Assembly: GCA_965235115.1 (NCBI GenBank)
Contig: OZ249441.1
Location: forward strand, 7,564,001 to 7,628,000
Origin: Laetmonice hystrix
Taxonomy: Eukaryota
Length of the DNA stretch: 64,000 bases
Direction of reading: 5' to 3'
Of this stretch, positions 1 to 11,058 are shown one piece after another; position 1 is the first letter of the stretch; each line of letters begins with the position of its first letter. A program made the position numbers and the translations under genes. Under the pieces are notes generated by a model. That model saw nothing but the letters and a program-made list of their open reading frames with translations, was not told the DNA's origin and made no database searches.

Positions 1-652
1 GTGGCAATTGTGCAATGAGAACACACACATTTGGATTGTTTAATAGGTTGTTGTTTAATAACTTGACTTTTGAATTGGTTTTTTACTGGAATTTGCAACT
101 GCTGAGTTGGTTCGGACTGCTGAGTCTACTAGCCGCACTGTTTCTCACGCCAAGTCTCTGAGCATACATTTTTGCCGCCCACTGTCTCAAGTTCTCGTGC
201 CACAACTCACACATGACTTGTCAGGACCTCACGGCAGGTGCCCTGGCTCCGGCACCCGTCCCCGCGTTCACGCCTGCAGTCCTCTCCGTCTCACGGCAGG
301 TGCCCTGGCTCTGGCACCCGTCCCCGCGTTCACGCCTGCCTCACCGTCTCAACCACCGTCTCAATAACGTCAGCGTCCGTAGCCCTCGAACTACCGCCGG
401 CGTCACTTCTGTGCAGTTTTACCATTAGGCGCCGAGTGTCTGTCCTCTGACCACTGGACTCTCGTTGGAGTCCGCTGCCTGTCTGCCGTCTCTCACTGTG
501 TGGCTGCCTCTCTCACTGTACGACCCGTGTGACCCACCCGTGTACGTCACGTCCGGCGCCGCTGGTCAACCTCTTGACCACTCACAAGCCCATCTATTTT
601 TAAACCGACTCAGCAGGTCCCCGGTCTCAATTGAATATTAGAATTTATAACA
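1..652 (-). repeat. 3' LTR (about 22 bp lie outside the window)
   Basis: Copy of 4523-5174 at offset 4522; ends ...GAATTTATAACA on the + strand. Confidence 0.95.
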
Positions 653-665
653 TTCCCTTCCCCTT
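653..665 (-). promoter_or_regulatory. Polypurine tract
   Basis: Minus strand AAGGGGAAGGGAA immediately before the TG of the 3' LTR. Confidence 0.85.
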
Positions 666-728
666 ATAATAAAAAAATGTACCACCCAAGACATTTTTTT
701 AGATACAAACATAGATACACAAAAATAC

Positions 729-887
729 TTACACTCGAGAAAGGGCATCGGCGTTGCAATGAGCCTTTCCAGCCTTGTGACGAATGGTCATGCTATATTG
801 CTGCAAAATAAGGCTCCACCTAAGTAGTTTCTGGTTATTTTCCCTCACACTGTACAACCAGACCAGCGAGTTATGGTCTGTTTCAAC
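729..887 (-). pseudogene. Out-of-frame C-terminal RNase H remnant
   Basis: Hand translation: VETDHNSLVWLYSVRENNQKLLRWSLILQQYSMTIRHKAGKAHCNADALSRV*, the typical Gypsy RNase H end (TDH..L.W..RW.L.LQ.Y...H..G..N.NADALSR). Confidence 0.88.
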
Positions 888-3800
888 TTTCTAATCTCAT
901 TTACAAATTTCTCCTTACTAGCCTGTGGTATCCTGTAGGCTCTCCGTCGTATAGGCTGATGTTCTTTAGTTCTAATAGAGTGAGTCGCAGCAGTTGTTCT
1001 CTTTGGCTTGTCTGAAAACACAGTGGCATACTCCATAAGGAGAAATCTCACAGCCTCCCTCTGCTCATCACTCAGCTCCTCGGAGATTTCTACATCTCTC
1101 CATGACTCAGTCTCCTCAGTAGGACAACTAATCACCTCCTCAGACTTTTCGGAAATAGTAAACATTGCAATTTCTTTCCGACTTTTCCACCTTTTCAGGA
1201 GGTTTACATGAAACATCCTTAACTTTTTACGCACCCTTCCCGTGTCCACCTCGTAATCAACTGGTGAAACCTTACGAGTGATTTTGAAAGGACCCTGCCA
1301 TGTAGCCTCTAAGGACGTATTACTTGTTGGGAGTAATACAACTACCTCTTCCCCTGGCTCAAAGACACGGGTTCGAGCATTTTTGTCATACCACGTTTTC
1401 ATCAGGTTTTGCTTTGTTTTTAAATTCTGATGAGCCTCCTCAGTAGCTGAAGCTAACCTGTCCCTCATTTGCATTACATACTCCACTACGCTACTTTCTT
1501 GATCATCACTGACCCAGTTTTCCTTCACCACCGCCAGAGGTCCTCTAATCGGCCATCCATACAGCAGCTCAAAAGGTGAGAACCCAGTGCTGGCCTCGGG
1601 AACCTCCCGGTAAGCAAACAACACATATGGGAGAAACTGATCCCATGATCTTGGCTGATCCTGCACGAATTTTCTCAACATAGCTTTTAACGTGCCATTA
1701 AACCTCTCGACCAGCCCATTGGTCTCAGGATGGTATGCCGTGGATTTTATTCCATGAATGCCAAGAGAACTGCATAGATCCTTCATCAACTGGGACATAA
1801 AATTTGTCCCCTGATCAGATACAATCTCTTCAGGTATTCCCATCCTAGCAAATATACTGATCAGTGCTTCCGCGACTGCCTCTGCTGTCTGGGTCTGCAT
1901 AGGGATAGCTTCAGGATATCTGGTGGCATAATCCACCACAGTAAGAATAAACCTATTACCGTTTGGTGTACGGGGCAAAACTCCCACGATGTCAATCCCC
2001 ACCTTCCTAAAGGGCAACCCCATCACAGGTATAGGCACTAGCTCAGCCTTTGGCGTGTACTGTCTACCAGCAACTTTCTGGCACTGGGGACAAGACTGAC
2101 AGTACCTTGCCACCTCTCCATATACATTCGGCCAAAAGTAATGGGCTAGCAACCTCTGGCGGGTCTTATCTATTCCCATATGACCAGACAGCGGAATGCT
2201 ATGAGCTAACTGCAAAAGCTCCTCTCTACATCCCCTCGGCACTACCACTTGGTCCACATAGGGTACTCTATCAGCCCTCCCAGGGAATACACGCCTGAAT
2301 AGTATTCCTGCATCTAAGTAATACCCAGTACTCTGATTAGGAGGTTTAGAAGCTGCCTGAGCTCTAACAGCTTCAAGGGTTGGATCCTGTTGCTGTAATG
2401 CAACCAACTGATCCCTGTTTATGTCGGTTATCTTTACGCCACAAGTTAGGCTCTTCTCTGGCCTATTATTAGGACGTTCATCTGACAACGACACCTCAGG
2501 TTTTGACCTGTCAATTCCCTCCTGACCCACCTTTTCTGGAGTCAACTTCTGACTATGAGATATGGCTGGGACAACTACACTAACCTCATCCTGTTTATCC
2601 TCATTTCTATCAACCTCTTTGTCCTCACTACTCTCATCTTTGTCCTCATTGCTCTCATCTTTGTCCTCACTGCTCTCATCTTTGTCCTCACGAACATTGG
2701 TCAGTTCTACCTCAGTCAAGAAAGGTTTGACATTAGGGAAAGCCTTTTTCAATGACTGTTTCACCTTTTCTGCTTTATCAGCCTGAGCTCGGGCCTGTGC
2801 CCGTGTTGTTACCAGTGCGGTTACTCCTGGTACTCTTTCCGCAATGACTGGGCTGGTAACACTGAAGGAGTCGTGGCCTATAAGGACATCTACAGGAAGT
2901 TCCTTCATGACACCTACTTCCTGTTCTACAATACCCGCTGGCCCCTCCAGCTGCACTCTAGCTAGTGGTATCTGTCTGCTACGACCATCCACAAATTCTA
3001 ACACCATTGTTTCACCGGTCATCTTCCCCTCAGGTACTAAATCCTGGTGAACTAGTGTGCACGAACTGCCAGTGTCAACCATCAGTTCCGCCCTCTGTCC
3101 GTCAACTTTTCCTACTTGGCAAAAGTTCCTGAATGACTTTCTGTTTCTTATCGGGCTCGTTAACAGACCTACCAATCCTTTCCTCTGAGGACACTCAGCC
3201 TTGTAATGGCCTCTCTGATTGCACTGATAGCAGATAACTGAGGTATCTTTTACTCTGCCTTTACCCTTTGGCGGTACTTCTATCCCTCGCCTAGGCTCTG
3301 TCCATGGCTGTCTAACTCCCTTCTCAGCTTCTACCACCTGACGTACATTTTCTGCCCTGTCAGATTTTCCCCGGCTAAGACCTTGCCTGTTCAACCTGTA
3401 CGTATCAGCAAGCCTCGTCAGCTCCTTTACCGTTCCAGGTTCACGGTCTCTCATCCACACCAGTAAATCAGGTCCCATACCATCCTCCAACTGTTCCATA
3501 ACCATCATCTCAATGAGAGCAGCTGCATCAGCTTTCTTGTCTGCTATCCAGCTTTCAAAGTACCTTCTTGTGCGTACTCCCCATTCCACAAAAGTCTCAC
3601 TTGGCACTTTTCTAGACGCCCTGAACTTGCGTCTATACGCCTCTGCGTGTAACCCATAAGTTCTGAGAATGGCTGCTTTTAATAACTGGTAGTTTTGTGA
3701 ATCCTGCAAATCCATCCTAACATAAGCCTCTCTAGCCTTTCCTGTCAATAACCCAGCTAGCCTTGGCGCCCAGCTCTCTGTAGGCCAACCATTAGCCCCC

Positions 3801-4291
3801 GCTATCCTTTCAAACGTGGTGAGGTACACATCCATATCCTCCCCTTCTTGGTAATGTGGAATACTAGTGACAGCTTGACTACCTTGCTGCTGACCTTCTG
3901 AGACTGACCGTCTACCTGCTAACTCTAATTGCCTGAGCCTAAGTTCTTGTTCAAGCCTGTCCTGCTGCATTATCCTCTCGTGGTCCATTTCTAATTTCCT
4001 GAGTTCTAATTGTAACTGTAAGTCTACACTAGGTTTAGACGGCTCACCCTTTGCTGCGCCCTGGTCACCCCTGGACGTGTCGTCCCTAACTGTGCCCTGG
4101 TCGGCTCTGGACGTCTCAGTCCTAGCTGCACCCATTTGCTGCACACTCTCAAACTCCATTGCTTGTAGATGTCTCGCTAAAGCTTCTCTCAACTGGTCTC
4201 TGCTCTGGTCAGCAGTAGCGATACCACACCTCTCACATTCAGCCCTAATCTCCTCTACTGGAAGTTTCCAAAACCCCTTGGGTAGAGCCAT
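845..4291 (-). CDS. Gag-protease-integrase polyprotein (1148 aa), truncated at the start of RT
   Basis: SCAN-like capsid segment (YQLLKAAILRTYGL..EAYRRKFR), zinc knuckle CYQCNQRGHYKAEC, protease VDTGSS, integrase HHCC (HSIPLSGH..CQSCPQC), rve core (DIVG..SDQGTNF..ETNGLVERFNGTLK), then RT N-terminus (FSDKPKRT..HSIRT..PIRRRAYRIP) before a frameshifting junction. Confidence 0.93.
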   Translation of the reverse strand: MALPKGFWKLPVEEIRAECERCGIATADQSRDQLREALARHLQAMEFESVQQMGAARTETSRADQGTVRDDTSRGDQGAAKGEPSKPSVDLQLQLELRKLEMDHERIMQQDRLEQELRLRQLELAGRRSVSEGQQQGSQAVTSIPHYQEGEDMDVYLTTFERIAGANGWPTESWAPRLAGLLTGKAREAYVRMDLQDSQNYQLLKAAILRTYGLHAEAYRRKFRASRKVPSETFVEWGVRTRRYFESWIADKKADAAALIEMMVMEQLEDGMGPDLLVWMRDREPGTVKELTRLADTYRLNRQGLSRGKSDRAENVRQVVEAEKGVRQPWTEPRRGIEVPPKGKGRVKDTSVICYQCNQRGHYKAECPQRKGLVGLLTSPIRNRKSFRNFCQVGKVDGQRAELMVDTGSSCTLVHQDLVPEGKMTGETMVLEFVDGRSRQIPLARVQLEGPAGIVEQEVGVMKELPVDVLIGHDSFSVTSPVIAERVPGVTALVTTRAQARAQADKAEKVKQSLKKAFPNVKPFLTEVELTNVREDKDESSEDKDESNEDKDESSEDKEVDRNEDKQDEVSVVVPAISHSQKLTPEKVGQEGIDRSKPEVSLSDERPNNRPEKSLTCGVKITDINRDQLVALQQQDPTLEAVRAQAASKPPNQSTGYYLDAGILFRRVFPGRADRVPYVDQVVVPRGCREELLQLAHSIPLSGHMGIDKTRQRLLAHYFWPNVYGEVARYCQSCPQCQKVAGRQYTPKAELVPIPVMGLPFRKVGIDIVGVLPRTPNGNRFILTVVDYATRYPEAIPMQTQTAEAVAEALISIFARMGIPEEIVSDQGTNFMSQLMKDLCSSLGIHGIKSTAYHPETNGLVERFNGTLKAMLRKFVQDQPRSWDQFLPYVLFAYREVPEASTGFSPFELLYGWPIRGPLAVVKENWVSDDQESSVVEYVMQMRDRLASATEEAHQNLKTKQNLMKTWYDKNARTRVFEPGEEVVVLLPTSNTSLEATWQGPFKITRKVSPVDYEVDTGRVRKKLRMFHVNLLKRWKSRKEIAMFTISEKSEEVISCPTEETESWRDVEISEELSDEQREAVRFLLMEYATVFSDKPKRTTAATHSIRTKEHQPIRRRAYRIPQASKEKFVNEIRKLKQTITRWSGCTV

Positions 4292-4479
4292 GGGTAAGGC
4301 AGCTCTACACCGGTTTACACTAAAACCTACACCACTGTACCTGTGGACGAGCCTACCCTGTTTTCTATTCCAGTTTGGCGCTACACCCTAGCACGTTACC
4401 TGTGTTTGACCAACGTCACAATACCAGAAGGTCCAATGCAACAGCACCTGCAACAACATAACAGAAATTCTCATTACAC

Positions 4480-4498
4480 AACCCCACTCCTGGCACCA
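4480..4498 (-). promoter_or_regulatory. Primer-binding site, tRNA-Leu(UAA)-like
   Basis: Minus strand TGGTGCCAGGAGTGGGGTT, 2 nt inside the 5' LTR. It is complementary to a tRNA 3' end AACCCCACTCCTGGCACCA, close to the metazoan tRNA-Leu(UAA) end ...AACCCCACTCCTGGTACCA as I recall it. Confidence 0.8.
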
Positions 4499-4500
4499 TA

Positions 4501-5174
4501 TGTTATAAGCCCGGTTGGGCGAGTGGCAATTGTGCAATGAGAACACACACATTTGGATTGTTTAATAGGTTGTTGTTTAATAACTTGACTTTTGAATTGG
4601 TTTTTTACTGGAATTTGCAACTGCTGAGTTGGTTCGGACTGCTGAGTCTACTAGCCGCACTGTTTCTCACGCCAAGTCTCTGAGCATACATTTTTGCCGC
4701 CCACTGTCTCAAGTTCTCGTGCCACAACTCACACATGACTTGTCAGGACCTCACGGCAGGTGCCCTGGCTCCGGCACCCGTCCCCGCGTTCACGCCTGCA
4801 GTCCTCTCCGTCTCACGGCAGGTGCCCTGGCTCTGGCACCCGTCCCCGCGTTCACGCCTGCCTCACCGTCTCAACCACCGTCTCAATAACGTCAGCGTCC
4901 GTAGCCCTCGAACTACCGCCGGCGTCACTTCTGTGCAGTTTTACCATTAGGCGCCGAGTGTCTGTCCTCTGACCACTGGACTCTCGTTGGAGTCCGCTGC
5001 CTGTCTGCCGTCTCTCACTGTGTGGCTGCCTCTCTCACTGTACGACCCGTGTGACCCACCCGTGTACGTCACGTCCGGCGCCGCTGGTCAACCTCTTGAC
5101 CACTCACAAGCCCATCTATTTTTAAACCGACTCAGCAGGTCCCCGGTCTCAATTGAATATTAGAATTTATAACA
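4501..5174 (-). repeat. 5' LTR (674 bp)
   Basis: Ends TGTTATAA...TTATAACA (TG..CA, 8-bp inverted termini). 4523-5174 matches 1-652 with no difference found by eye; the ORF-track translations of both copies are identical. Contains an internal ~50-bp duplication. Confidence 0.95.
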
Positions 5175-6129
5175 CCATCAATTCCTTTGAGTAAGAACGA
5201 GTTGAAACGATGGAACAGAGCTAGGGTCAACTGAGTTATTGGTGGGCCGACCAGCAGAGAGCCGTCGGACTGAGGCCGGTTCTGGGGGCGCGTCATTACA
5301 CATTCCATTCAGGTCAATGAGCGCCACCTCGCGGCAAGCTCAACACCGACCATATGATCATATTCATCGGCAGCACGGTCACAACGCACGCATGAGCGAC
5401 AGGCCAGGCGCCGAATGGTTTGATTAAATTACCCGACAAGCAAAAAGGCTAACTCCCCGGAATTACAACGAGATTAAAGAACACGCCCGCCATCGTTTCT
5501 GTCCCCAGTCATATTTCTCTTATTTGTGTGCTCAGCGTAGAAAAATATGCATTGCTCACAATCTTGGTCCCAACGGGTCCCTGGGAATGGTGTTTGGCCA
5601 TGATGAAAATAGACATCTCAAGTACCGCTAGATGAGAACGGAAAATATGGCATATTAATTGTGCCACGAAATAGTGTTGATCGCTGATGATAGTATGATG
5701 GATCCCGGTACAGCGCCGCCAAATACTTTCAGTACCATTCATGTGATGGCTTTATTCCAGGAAAGAGTAGAAACCAGCATTTAAATTGTCATAGCGAATA
5801 ATGACATGGCCTTTTTCCGCGTTCAAAGCGTGAAATAATCCTAGTTGTTCTGTGCGAGCGTCGGTCTGTGCGTGCGTGCCCAGTGACAGTTACCATAATA
5901 CCGTATTATTGGGGACAATTCTACAGAACTCCAAAACACCGCCAACATTGGCTGAAATAAAGGACTTCTTCTAGGCCGATAGTCCAGGAATTCACAGCAT
6001 TGCAATATTATTCTACAGCTATAACTGGGTACGAAAAGGTTTGCAGCAGGAAAGAAGAAGAATGAAGAAGGAGAATGAAGGACGAAGAAGAAGAGGGAGA
6101 AGAATAAACAAGAAACAAGAGAGACCTTT

Positions 6130-6208
6130 TAGGGGCACCTACCCGCAAGAAGACATAGGGGCACCTACCCGCAAGAAGACATAGGGGCACCTACCCACAA
6201 GAAGACAT
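6130..6208. repeat. 26-bp tandem repeat x3
   Basis: TAGGGGCACCTACCCGCAAGAAGACA units. Confidence 0.85.
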
Positions 6209-7219
6209 AAGTCGCCTATTCACTAAGAACGAAGGGCTTTAGAAGCGGGGATGTTTCTGGATGGCCACCTATTGAAGCATAGTCGGGTATTACAAGTACC
6301 ACATATACATGCGGCGATAAAGACCAGTGAAAGCGACCCATTACACACGGACACAGATAAGGCTGTGGGCCCGAGCCCGTCCCCGTCCGACTATCACTGT
6401 AAAACGTGCGAGTGGAGCCAATCTTACATAAGCCATACACAGGGCGACCCAATCAAGGCAACCGTCATCACTTTGAGAATGGTGGCCAACCCACAGCCTC
6501 GGCCTGGGAACATAGCGCTGTCTGTTAACGAGTTTTATATACATGGTGTGCTGGAGGATTCCAACCGATCGGCCCCTAATGAAAATATACATCGCTCTCT
6601 GACGTACAACGACCTTTTATTGATGCTCCAAGCGATGACGTGCTTAAGGGCGATTTGCAAGTCGAAAACTAGTGAAACGAGCCAAATAAATATATAGCGG
6701 TCCAGGGTCGTAGATCGGAATGTGGAAGGTTTACGAGGATTCGGAGGGCGACAATCTCTGTGTGGAAATACCGTTGTGGCATCATGGAGAACTTTTAACG
6801 GTCGCGGCGCTGTTCCTTGAGCCCCACCAAAGTTACATTTGAGGTGCGATAATACGTCTTTAGCAGTTAAACGGAGCCGTGAGAAGGCCGTGGGAAAGAC
6901 CTGATGGATGGCTCCAAGCCTCCCACGGACAGGATCATCATTCTTACTGAGCCGTTAGTTTCATTAACAGCGCGGAATGTGGCGCCGCCTTTATATGTAA
7001 TACTCGCCCGGAATTCCCGCATTTAATCCGCGGCGGGTAGAAGGTAATGAGTCAGAGCAGGCTACAGTAGGCGCCTGGCTCCGGGCAACCCGCGCCATTT
7101 ACAGGCAGCGTCCTAATATATGGCCTCTAACATACGTCAGAGGGACAGCGATTGTAAGGTTGTGAGGTTCTAAACTTTTAATCTGGCCGTGCATAGAGAC
7201 GAAATGATCCTACGGTTTC

Positions 7220-7666
7220 CTGGCAACAGGAGAACACGTGGTGGACTCCTCCAAGGCTGGTTAACAGACCTGGCAACAGGAGAACACGTGGTGAACTCCT
7301 CCAAGGCTGGTTAACAGACCTGGCAACAGAAGAACACGTGGTAGACTCCTCCAAGGCGGGTTAACAGACCTGGCAACAGGAGAACACGTGGTGAACTCCT
7401 CCAAGGCTGGTTAACAGACCTGGCAACAGGAGAACACGTGGTGAACTCCTCCAAGGCGGGTTAACAGACCTGGCAACAGGAGAACACGTGGTGAACTCCT
7501 CCAAGGCTGGTTAACAGACCTGGCAACAGGAGAACACGTGGTGGACTCCTCCAAGGCTGGTTAACAGACCTGGCAACAGGAGAACACGTGGTAGACTCCT
7601 CCAAGGCTGGTTAACAGACCTGGCAACAGGAGAACACGTGGTGGACTCCTCCAAGGCTGGTTAACA
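7220..7666. repeat. 50-bp minisatellite x9
   Basis: CTGGCAACAGGAGAACACGTGGTGGACTCCTCCAAGGCTGGTTAACAGAC; no unique spacers. Confidence 0.95.
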
Positions 7667-8406
7667 GGGTTGGTATCGGTGGAGTGGCGCACTGTGGTGA
7701 AAGTTACAGTAACTAGGCCTCACTAACAGATGTAAGCAGAGCCCACTACCACTCCATCCCTGATGGTACAATGCATGACTGACATGTCTTGGTTGCAGAC
7801 ATTCTCATCTGAAGGGCCAATTTCCCTCCCCCAAAAGGCCATTTCCTAATGGCTCTGGCGGCATACATTAGACCTTGGGCGGTACAGGCCTGTACTTATC
7901 CAGAGGTTAGCAAATGAAAACGTTATCCGTATGCCCTAGGAAAAACACTCCCGACTCTGCCTTAGTGCAAACCTGCCTTGCCACACCAGTACTAAAGTTG
8001 GTATATTTGGCGGCAGCATTAAATGGCGTTCCAACCATTCTGTTTAACAGGTAACAAACTCGTACTCAATTTATATTGGCAGCAGCTGAGCAAGAACAGC
8101 ATGTAAGACTCTGGATCAAATATTAAATCTAATTCATCAAATGGAGCCATTAGTTTAGTTTTATACGTGCCTGCTACAATGGTTCATTTCCATATCCTAC
8201 TACCACTTCAGTACTGGAAATAGACACAAATGGCCTGCTACAAATCTATCTTTCCGTATACTACTCACACAAGTGGACAGCATCACCCCTTTCAATGAGA
8301 GGACCTTTTGACGCTCTCGGGAAATGAAATACAACCACACCATCATACTGTACACCTCGGCTGTTAAACGTGCCCCGTGGGTGGACGGCAACACGAGGTG
8401 TGGTAG

Positions 8407-9307
8407 CCGAGGTGTTGGCCCCGGTATCAACCCCTCACGATCTGTGCAGTGATCCTGGGCCGAGGTGTTGGCCCGGTATCAACCCCTCACGATCTGTGCA
8501 GTGATCCTGGGCCGAGGTGTTGGCCCCGGTATCAACCCCTCATGATCTGTGCAGGGATCCTGGGCCGAGGTGTTGGCCCCGGTATCAACCCCTCACGATC
8601 TGTGCAGTGATCCTGGGCCGAGGTGTTGGCCCCGGTATCAACCCCTCACGATCTGTGCAGTGATCCTGGGCCGAGGTGTTGGCCCCGGTATCAACCCCTC
8701 ACGATCTGTGCAGTGATCCTGGGCCGAGGTGTTGGCCCGGTATCAACCCCTCACGATCTGTGCAGGGATCCTGGGCCGAGGTGTTGGCCCCGGTATCAAC
8801 CCCTCACGATCTGTGCAGGGATCCTGGGCCGAGGTGTTGGCCCCGGTATCAACCCCTCACGATCTGTGCAGTGATCATGGGCCGAGGTGTTGGCCCCGGT
8901 ATCAACCCCTCACGATCTGTGCAGTGATCATGGGCCGAGGTGTTGGCCCCGGTATCAACCACTCACGATCTGTGCAGTGATCCTGGGCCGAGGTGTTGGC
9001 CCCGGTATCAACCCCTCACGATCTGTGATCCTGGGCCGAGGTGTTGGCCCCGGTATCAACCCCTCACGATCTGTGCAGGGATCCTGGGCCGAGGTGTTGG
9101 CCCCGGTATCAACCCCTCACGATCTGTGCAGTGATCCTGGGCCGAGGTGTTGGCCCCGGTATCAACCCCTCATGATCTGTGCAGTGATCCTGGGCCGAGG
9201 TGTTGGCCCTGGTATCAACCCCTCACGATATGTGCAGGGATCCTGGGCCGAGGTGTTGGCCCCGGTATCAAGCCCTCACGATCTGTGCAGTGATCCTGGG
9301 CCGAGGT
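8407..9307. repeat. 53-bp minisatellite, ~17 copies
   Basis: CGAGGTGTTGGCCCCGGTATCAACCCCTCACGATCTGTGCAGTGATCCTGGGC. Confidence 0.95.
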
Positions 9308-9589
9308 CAGACGGAGACAGTAGGTCGTCCCAGAATGAATCAGCAATTCACCGTGTAATGGTGAGACGCTGGTTGGAGCGTTCATTTCCGCCTCGTTCTG
9401 GTCGCACGTGTTCGGCAACCATCGGCGTCTCCCGAGGGCACCCGAACGACACCGGAACTGGCGTCTCAAATCACGTGATGCGATCCCGGGAGTCGTATGG
9501 AAAGGATCTGGGACAACTAACCTAGCAATCATACAGTCGGCCAGGGGAAGGGCGGGGCGGGTCAGTCGGGTTCAGCATTCGGCCAGGAT

Positions 9590-9692
9590 AGTCGCCGACC
9601 TCTGTGACGGTCAGCAGTCGCCGACCTCTGTGACGGTCAGCAGTCGCCGACCTCTGTGACGGTCAGCAGTCGCCGACCTCTGTGACGGTCAG
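9590..9692. repeat. 26-bp tandem repeat, ~4 copies
   Basis: AGTCGCCGACCTCTGTGACGGTCAGC. Confidence 0.85.
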
Positions 9693-11058
9693 CTCTGCTG
9701 TACTGGAGTCTCTGCATTATAGATCTTTCACCAACTGTTCTCTCTGTTTTAGGGAATCGGCCACCAACCACGCCCGACACATAACCAACAGTCGTGACCC
9801 TCGTACTATTAACACGGTGTATTTGATCTGGGAAAGGGAAACTACTTCCACACTGGCTGTGCTTTTATTCGGAACGACTCCGGGGAAATATTATTCCGTT
9901 TTTCAAGGATACTTCAGCATGTAGTCATGACACTCAGCCGAGAAATTAAAGTCTGCGTTTCCTTGTGTAAACCCCAGCTCTGGTTGCACCTCCTAACAAT
10001 GACGTCAAACTGATACACGGCATGGATAATGTAATTCGAACCGTTTTATGAGTTGAAGGTCATAATTTCCTATATCTCTGTATGCACCATCGTCATTTCC
10101 TATCCCGCTGTATGGTCCATCTACATCGCCCCCGTCATATCCTTCAGTTCCCAGATTCATTTCAGCAAGATGATGAGTCTGCTTTTTCTATATGTCAAAC
10201 CGGAAGGCCTGCTGTGGAAGGAAATTAAATCTCCCCTAATACTACATGTACTTAAGGGTACGCCTTAAAATAACGACCACATATGGGAGAGCGTCTGTCG
10301 GCGTCCCTACGGGTTCGTTCTCCGCCTGTTGCTGTCAAGACAACCGCGTGATCTGCCAGGGCAAGACGGCGGACGACCAGGACAAGTCTACTTCGACGTG
10401 TTGATGGGAAAGGCTTGTCAGTCCCAGCTGAGCCGTGGCCCGTCTCGGGAGCAGGGGCTGACAATGGCCCGCCCTACTCGGCCCCACTACGCTCTCGTAT
10501 ACAGCCACTTGGCAGCCGCCTACCGACAATTAAACGCATTGCTGTCCTGCTGAAGTGGCCTGCGGGGAGATTGGCAGAGCGGAAATGTCTAAGGCGAAAC
10601 GGGAGATGGTGGGTTTAATTTTTCCTGCCTATTGACATTCACCGCCACAGTAAAAGGGAAGGGTTAGCCGAGGTTCACTGTCAGAAAGCTTGGTTGTCAC
10701 TTCCCCTATTTATACTGAACATTGGAAGTCATCTAGTCGATTCCATTAATGTCCCCTGCGTACACACTTAGCCCATAAAAGTATTCCTACATAACCCACT
10801 CCCTCCGCGACTTCATGGGCAATCATAAGGAATCACACGGATTTAAACATGTCCTTGCAATTTAATGTGATTGTTTTGCTTCATTCGCATCTATTCAGAA
10901 TGCAGGTTTATCATGGGGTCCGGGGGTCGGTCCCCGCTGGGTTTGTTGTTTTGTTTAATCAGACTAAATGCGTATCAGGCTCAGCGTGTCTGAGGAGACT
11001 TCATGGCCACAGATTTAGAAAGCACATCTGTGGTCTCGGCATTGTTTCTCCTTATACG

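Larger units (their letters stand above)
1..5174 (-). mobile_element. Gmr1-like Ty3/Gypsy LTR retrotransposon, internally deleted (no RT, only RNase H C-terminus); left end cut by window edge
   Basis: Two direct LTRs (1-652 and 4501-5174), PBS, PPT, and a gag-PR-IN ORF with integrase upstream of the RT start, the domain order characteristic of the Gmr1 clade. Confidence 0.92.

Noticed and set aside
107-450. Small ORFs duplicated at 4629-4972
   Set aside because: Antisense ORFs inside the two LTR copies.
5175-5180. Target-site duplication of the LTR element
   Set aside because: The other flank lies outside the window, so no TSD can be determined.
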